A stretch of DNA of 64,000 nt from positions 32,001 to 96,000 of the forward strand of contig CAXXVS010000001.1 in assembly GCA_963674755.2 (NCBI GenBank), written 5' to 3'. A model generated the notes under the pieces. It saw only the letters and a program-made list of their open reading frames with translations, was not told the origin of the DNA and did no database searches. Source of the stretch: Desulfobacterales bacterium (lineage in GTDB: Bacteria > Desulfobacterota > Desulfobacteria > Desulfobacterales > UBA5852). Of the stretch, positions 58,660 to 64,000 are shown in pieces. The translations under genes were made by a program, and so were the position numbers. How positions within the stretch are numbered: the stretch's first letter is position 1; every line of letters begins with the position of its first letter.

Positions 58660-59376
58660 TCAGGGTTGTTCTTGCGGCTGCGGCGTTTCGGCCGGCGCCA
58701 GGTCGATGCGGAACGTGTTCTCGGATTCTTGGAAGACCCTAACGGTATACCCTTCGTGGGGTTCGCGCAGCAGGGCTTCGGCAAAGGCACTCGCTGTGCC
58801 GCGGTATTTCACGTCCAAGGTGGTTTGGTTGGGCAGCATCTCGCTGATTTGAGCGCTTTCAACACCGGCCATCTTGTTCAGCGCGCTACGGAAGAGCACA
58901 AAGCCGGAAAGATTGTCGGATCCGACGACGACGAGGGAGAGCTGGACAAGGGGCCGGGCATCGGCGGTCAGAATGCCCGCCTGGCGCAGCCGTTCCTGAA
59001 TCATGCGGGCCGAAACCTTGGCCTGCACCAATACCCGAAAACGGTTGCCATCCTGACGTTCGCCCAGCAGCTTGTAATACTGGATGAATTTATCGGCCTG
59101 GTTGTAGATCACCGTGTCGATGGCCGCAAACTGCTGGATCAGGACGTCGAGGGGCAGGATCTCAGCCGTCATCTGTTCCACCGCGATGCGCTTGCCGTCG
59201 GCAATGGCGTTATCCTTGGCGGCGTTGAGGCCCGCCTTGGGAATGTTACTGGAGCCGACCACGAGAAATGTTTTGGATTCGGGGGCGGGAGATTGAGCGA
59301 CGGCCGGATTTCCCGTAACGAGGAGCAACAGGACAACGCTGATTCCCAGACTTATGCTGCGCGGTAAGGACGCCAT
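58660..59376 (-). CDS. Exported hypothetical protein (FlgT N-terminus-like)
   Basis: Signal peptide; AAKDNAIADGKRIAVEQ. Confidence 0.6.
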   Translation of the reverse strand: MASLPRSISLGISVVLLLLVTGNPAVAQSPAPESKTFLVVGSSNIPKAGLNAAKDNAIADGKRIAVEQMTAEILPLDVLIQQFAAIDTVIYNQADKFIQYYKLLGERQDGNRFRVLVQAKVSARMIQERLRQAGILTADARPLVQLSLVVVGSDNLSGFVLFRSALNKMAGVESAQISEMLPNQTTLDVKYRGTASAFAEALLREPHEGYTVRVFQESENTFRIDLAPAETPQPQEQP

Positions 59377-59419
59377 GCGTTAGAAACCTCATTCATTTTG
59401 GGGTGATAGGCCCTCTTCA

Positions 59420-60400
59420 TCAGGCCCGACGTTGAAGGGTGAAGTCCGCCAGATCATTTAAAATCGCCGTTGTTTCCGACGGCTTGAAATGCGCTAAAGC
59501 CTCTTTGGCGATGTGAACATGCTCACGCGCCTTATTGCGGGTGTATTCCATCCCGCCGTAGCGTTCCAGCAGCCCTTTCAATTCCTCGAATTCGTCCATG
59601 GTAAACTGCGGATTGGCGATGATCGCGCCCATGCGCGCCCGGTCCTGGTCGGCGGCGGCATCGAGGGCCGCGATGACCGGCAGGGTGAGTTTGCCTTCCC
59701 GGAGGTCCGCACCGGCCTTTTTCCCCAAGGCCCGGGTGTCGGAGGTATAATCGATAAGGTCGTCGGCCATTTGAAAGGCGATGCCGAGATTGGCCCCATA
59801 ACAGGAGAGGGCTTCGATCTGCTCTCCGGAGGCATCGGCCAGCAAGGCGGCGGAGCGGCAGGCGCCTTCAAAGAGGACAGCGGTTTTGCGCCAGATGACC
59901 TCCCGGTACTCCGCTTCGTTCAGCGAGAGATCCCCTTTGCGGCTCAGTTGATGAATTTCGCCTTGGGACATGTTTTCGGTGATGGCGGAAACCACCTTGA
60001 TGATCTCGATGTTGCCGGTGCCGGCCGCGATGGAGAGAGCCCGGGCCAGGAGAAAATCCCCCACCAGAATGGTGGTGGCGTTGCCCCAGATGGAATGTGC
60101 CACCGGACGGCCGCGCCGCAGTTCGGCCTCGTCGATCAGGTCGTCATGCAGCAATGTTGCGGCATGCAGATATTCCAGCGAAATGGAAAAGGTCTTGTCG
60201 TAGCTGCCCTGGTAATCGCACATGCGGGCGGCCAGGACCAGCAGGAGCGGCCGCAGACGTTTGCCGCCGCTGAATAGGATGTGGCCGGCCACCTCGCGCA
60301 CGAGATCCAGATGGGGATTGAGGTGGTGCTCCAGTTCGGCCTCGATGGCAGTCAGGTCGTCGGCCACCAGGGCGAGGATGCGGGTTTTGAGATCAGTCAT
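59420..60400 (-). CDS. Long-chain polyprenyl diphosphate synthase (IspB/HepT-like)
   Basis: GGKRLRP, LLHDDLID, FQMADD, DLREGK. Confidence 0.93.
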   Translation of the reverse strand: MTDLKTRILALVADDLTAIEAELEHHLNPHLDLVREVAGHILFSGGKRLRPLLLVLAARMCDYQGSYDKTFSISLEYLHAATLLHDDLIDEAELRRGRPVAHSIWGNATTILVGDFLLARALSIAAGTGNIEIIKVVSAITENMSQGEIHQLSRKGDLSLNEAEYREVIWRKTAVLFEGACRSAALLADASGEQIEALSCYGANLGIAFQMADDLIDYTSDTRALGKKAGADLREGKLTLPVIAALDAAADQDRARMGAIIANPQFTMDEFEELKGLLERYGGMEYTRNKAREHVHIAKEALAHFKPSETTAILNDLADFTLQRRA

Positions 60401-61734
60401 GCCGGCTCTCCAACCAGATCATATTCCAGCGTATCGACAATCCGGGCCTTGACAAATTGGCCGATATGCAGCCCGGGCTGGGGGCCAGGGGTGCGGACAT
60501 AGGTCAGACCGTCGACTTCAGGGGCCTGGAACATGGTCCGCCCGATGAACAGCCCCTCTTCCGGCGCTTCTTCCAGCAGGACCTCACAAGTGGTCTGGAG
60601 GTACCTTTCCTGCCGCTCTTCTGAAATGCGCCGCTGCTGCTCCATGAGGATATCCCTGCGCTGCTGCGCTAATTCCTGCGGAACGTGGTCCGGGAGCCGG
60701 TGGGAGGCCAAGTCCTCGGCATCCGAGTAAGTGAACACGCCTAAATGATCAAAGGGCACGGTCCGGATAAAGGTTTGCAGCTGATCGAAATCCCGGTCGG
60801 TCTCCCCGGGGAAACCGACGATCACCGTTGTGCGCACGGCCGCCTCCGGCATAAGCTGACGAATGCGTTGGACCTGCCCGGCAATGCGGGCGGGATCATA
60901 GGGGCGGCCCATGCGCCGCAGCAGTTCGGAGCTGACGTGCTGAATCGGAATGTCGAAATAAGAGCATAGATTCGGATGGGACGCAACGGTTTGTAGGATC
61001 GTCTCATCCAGACTTTCCGGGTGGCCGTACATAAAGCGGATCCAGATCTTGTCCTCGAGTCGGCTGAGTTCCGCCAGGAGGTCGGCCAGGGTGGGACTCC
61101 CCGGAGGTTGATCGTGCCCATAGCGGGTGGTTTCCTGCCCCACGAGAACCAGCTCTTTGATCCCGGCCCGGACCAGGGCGTGGGCTTCCTGCAGGATATC
61201 CGTCAGGGGGCGGCTTTTCTGGCGTCCCCGCAGCTTGGGTATAATGCAGAAGGTGCAGTGCCGGTCGCAGCCTTCGGTGATTTTCAAGTAGGCCATGGGG
61301 CCGCCTGCCAGGGTGCGGGGTGTGGCGGCGGTTTGGGGCGCCAGGGCATCCGGATCCGGCAGCAGACAGGCGGTGGCCGAGGCGATGGGCCGCGCCTCGA
61401 TCGCCTCGATAACCCGGTCGTAGGCGCCGGTCCCCAGGAAAAAATCGACTTCCGGCAGGGCCTCTCGGATGGGCTCCCGGTAGCGTTCGGGCAGACACCC
61501 GGCCACGATGAGCCGCCGGCAGCGCCCCTCTTTTTTGTAGGCTGCCGCTTGCAGGATGGTATCGATGGACTCCTCGGCCGCCTCTTCGATGAAACAGCAG
61601 GTGTTGATGATGATGGCTTCCGCCTGACCGGGATCCTCGACCATGACATGACCGGCCTGCGCCAGTCGCCCGGTCATGACTTCACTGTCCACCTGGTTGC
61701 GGGCGCATCCTAAATTGATCAGGTGAATTTGCAT
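60397..61734 (-). CDS. rimO: Ribosomal protein S12 methylthiotransferase
   Basis: LGCARNQVDSE, EGCDRHCTFCIIP, APEVDG, TRAM domain. Confidence 0.95.
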   Translation of the reverse strand: MQIHLINLGCARNQVDSEVMTGRLAQAGHVMVEDPGQAEAIIINTCCFIEEAAEESIDTILQAAAYKKEGRCRRLIVAGCLPERYREPIREALPEVDFFLGTGAYDRVIEAIEARPIASATACLLPDPDALAPQTAATPRTLAGGPMAYLKITEGCDRHCTFCIIPKLRGRQKSRPLTDILQEAHALVRAGIKELVLVGQETTRYGHDQPPGSPTLADLLAELSRLEDKIWIRFMYGHPESLDETILQTVASHPNLCSYFDIPIQHVSSELLRRMGRPYDPARIAGQVQRIRQLMPEAAVRTTVIVGFPGETDRDFDQLQTFIRTVPFDHLGVFTYSDAEDLASHRLPDHVPQELAQQRRDILMEQQRRISEERQERYLQTTCEVLLEEAPEEGLFIGRTMFQAPEVDGLTYVRTPGPQPGLHIGQFVKARIVDTLEYDLVGEPA

Positions 61735-61783
61735 CCGAATCCTTGATTAGCCAAAGCAGCCGGTCATATTCACGGGTTGCCGT

Positions 61784-62878
61784 TTATTCGACGGTTTGAA
61801 ATCCCTGTGAAGCGCTGTCATGCAGACGATTCTGGTCGTCACGGGTAATAATCAGACACTCCACCCCCGGCAGGCGGTTGACAAGCGCGATGCCGGCCGG
61901 GGCGCCCATGACCTCGATAGCGGTGGCCAGACCGTCGGCCAGGGCGCAGGTCGCGGCGGTCACCGAAACGCTGACCACGCCGTTGGACACCGGATAGCCG
62001 GTGCGCGGATCGATGATGTGGGCATAGCGCCGGCCGTCGATCTCGAAATAATTGCGGTAATCGCCGCTGGTGGCAAAGGCCCGATCCTGCAATTGTACGA
62101 CCCGGTAGACCTGATCAAACGGCGCCTCCGGATCGGGTTTGTTGATCCCGACGCGCCAGGGCTGGCCGTCGGGGCGGAGGCCGGCGGCATAGACTTCGCC
62201 GCCGATTTCCACCAGATAATCGGTAAAGCCGCGCTCCCGGATTAAAGCGGCAATGGCATCCACCCCGTAGCCTTTGGCGACCGAGGCCAGATCCAATGAT
62301 ACGGACGGGTGCGCTTTGCTCAACCGGCCCTCGGCATCCATAGCGATTTGCTGGAAGCCGACCCGGGGGAGCAGGGCCTGAATCGCTTGTGCCGACGGCA
62401 CCCGGTCCTCAGGCCGCTTGGTCCGGCCAAAGCCCCACAGGTCGATGAGCGGGTCGAGGGTGCCGTCCCAGGCGCCGTCCGTTATGTGAAAGAGTTCCTT
62501 GGAAACCTTCATGACGGCCTGGAAATCCTCACTGACCGGGAAAGGGGTATCGGCACCCTGCAACCGGTTGAAGCGGCTGATTTCGCTGTCCGGCTGGAAG
62601 GTGGACATGCTGGCATTGATGGCGGCCAGGCGTTCGTCGATGGCCTTTTGGAGGGGCGCTACAGCGCTAAAATAGCTCCCGACCACGGTGACATGATAGG
62701 TGGTCCCCATGGTTTTGCCGGCCAGCTTGATCTCGCGGTTGCCGCTGCAGCCCGCCACAAGAAGCAGCAGCACCAGCCCCAGGCTTTTCCAGCCGGGTGC
62801 CCATGGGGTCCGAAACGTTTGGGCATCGATCTTGTTCGGAGAGGGGAAGCAATGCATCATGGATTTTCCGATAGACAT
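61784..62878 (-). CDS. apbE: FAD:protein FMN transferase
   Basis: Lipobox VAGC, TMGTTY, VAKGYGVD, ATSGDYR, HIIDPRTG; start uncertain. Confidence 0.92.
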   Translation of the reverse strand: MSIGKSMMHCFPSPNKIDAQTFRTPWAPGWKSLGLVLLLLVAGCSGNREIKLAGKTMGTTYHVTVVGSYFSAVAPLQKAIDERLAAINASMSTFQPDSEISRFNRLQGADTPFPVSEDFQAVMKVSKELFHITDGAWDGTLDPLIDLWGFGRTKRPEDRVPSAQAIQALLPRVGFQQIAMDAEGRLSKAHPSVSLDLASVAKGYGVDAIAALIRERGFTDYLVEIGGEVYAAGLRPDGQPWRVGINKPDPEAPFDQVYRVVQLQDRAFATSGDYRNYFEIDGRRYAHIIDPRTGYPVSNGVVSVSVTAATCALADGLATAIEVMGAPAGIALVNRLPGVECLIITRDDQNRLHDSASQGFQTVE

Positions 62879-62920
62879 ACGAAGGCGGAGCGCCGGAGGA
62901 TCCCGCCGGTTTTCTATTCC

Positions 62921-63934
62921 TCAACAAATGCGCGGCAGCTGCTCGCCGGTGAGCATATCCACAATCCGGCGGCCGCCGATACGGGTTTCCAGCACCACTC
63001 GTCCCGGGTGGTCGGCCGTGACCTCGCCGATAAAGCAGGCCTCCCGGCCGAAGGCATCCGATTGAATCGCTTTTAAAACCGCGTCCGCGTCGTGGGCCGC
63101 CACAAAGGCCAGCAGCTTGCCTTCGTTGGCCACATAGAGGGGATCGAAGCCCAGCAATTCGCAGACCCCGGCTACGGCCGGACGAATGGGGAGCGTATTC
63201 TCCTGAAGGACGATGCCGATGCGGGAACTCTCGGCGATTTCATTCAAGGTCGTGCCCACCCCGCCCCGGGTGGGGTCCCGCAGGACGTGCACGTTGTTGC
63301 TGGCGGTGAGGATTTTGGCCACCATGCCGTTCAGGGGCGCCGAATCGCTTTGCAGGTCACTCTCAAAGGTCAGGCCCTCCCGCTGGGTCAGAATGGTCAT
63401 GCCGTGATCGGCCATGGTGCCGCTGAGGATGATCTTATCGCCGGGCTGGGCAGCAGTGCTGCCGATCGACACATTGTCGGGGATGATGCCGATGCCCGAG
63501 GTGTTGATGAACACGCCATCGGCCGCCCCCTTGGGCACCACTTTGGTATCGCCGGTCACCACCATGACGCCGGCGGCCTCGGCCGCCCGGTGGATGCTCT
63601 GGAGGATCCGTTTCAAATCCGGCATGGGAAAGCCCTCTTCGATGATCAGGGCCAGGGAGAGATACAGGGGCGTGGCGCCGCACATGGCAACATCGTTGAC
63701 CGTTCCGTTGACGGCCAGTTCGCCGATATCCCCCCCCGGGAAGAAGAGCGGCGTCACCGTGAACGTGTCCGTCGAAAAGGCGATGCGGGTGCCGCCGTTC
63801 AAGGTCAGCACCGCGCCATCGTGCAGATCGGAGAGAACCGGGTTGTCGAAAAGGGGCAGGAGCAGCTCCGCCGTCAGGCGATGGGCAATCTTGCCGCCGC
63901 TGCCGTGGTCCAGCGTGATTACATCGGACGTCAT
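62921..63934 (-). CDS. hypE: Hydrogenase maturation carbamoyl dehydratase
   Basis: HGSGG, FFPGGDIGELAVNGTVND, RDPTRGG, C-terminal PRIC. Confidence 0.96.
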   Translation of the reverse strand: MTSDVITLDHGSGGKIAHRLTAELLLPLFDNPVLSDLHDGAVLTLNGGTRIAFSTDTFTVTPLFFPGGDIGELAVNGTVNDVAMCGATPLYLSLALIIEEGFPMPDLKRILQSIHRAAEAAGVMVVTGDTKVVPKGAADGVFINTSGIGIIPDNVSIGSTAAQPGDKIILSGTMADHGMTILTQREGLTFESDLQSDSAPLNGMVAKILTASNNVHVLRDPTRGGVGTTLNEIAESSRIGIVLQENTLPIRPAVAGVCELLGFDPLYVANEGKLLAFVAAHDADAVLKAIQSDAFGREACFIGEVTADHPGRVVLETRIGGRRIVDMLTGEQLPRIC

Positions 63935-63953
63935 GGGGTTTCCTTTGTCAGCG

Positions 63954-64000
63954 TCATTTTTCGGCGGCCGGGGGCGATGCGGAATCAAAGCGGTAGTAGG
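63954..64000 (-). CDS. hypD: 3' end of probable hypD
   Basis: Reads ...YYRFDSASPPAAEK-stop directly before hypE; HypD typically ends ...AAYYRY. Fragment only. Confidence 0.55.
   Translation of the reverse strand, partial: YYRFDSASPPAAEK

Overview
64-kb window from a GC-rich anaerobic deltaproteobacterium (Desulfobacterales/Desulfosarcina-like by gene content; inference). Left to right: (i) 1-12030, minus-strand surface-glycan operon (two COG4671-type and one GT4 glycosyltransferase, histidine phosphatase, polysaccharide deacetylase, STELLO/DUF288-like GT, two-domain GT-like protein) running into an ABC ATPase/FtsX permease/M28-peptidase-domain system; (ii) housekeeping genes gatB, MFS-spermidine-synthase fusion, porin, FG-GAP protein, mutL, gatA, gatC, SPOR protein, argS; (iii) a cobalamin-riboswitch-led cbiK/FecCD-ABC/cbiL operon and a DUF4198-cbiMQO Co/Ni uptake operon; (iv) a sigma54-driven, apparently cytoplasmic molybdopterin oxidoreductase/flavoprotein cluster; (v) an IS110-family element whose 3' non-coding end carries a bridge-RNA-like loop with guides matching its own insertion site, a leuD-like pseudogene and a PEP-CTERM gene; (vi) a 7.9-kb element integrated in tRNA-Val(GAC) between 47-bp att repeats, encoding an integrase, a fused prohead-protease/major-capsid protein, a stand-alone winged-helix origin-binding-like protein beside an iteron array, small regulators and two AT-rich cargo genes, but no portal, terminase, tail or primase-helicase: the best candidate for an undescribed minimal phage satellite; (vii) pgsA-like, ispB-like, rimO, apbE, hypE and the 3' end of hypD. 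All family calls come from reading motifs, without database searches.
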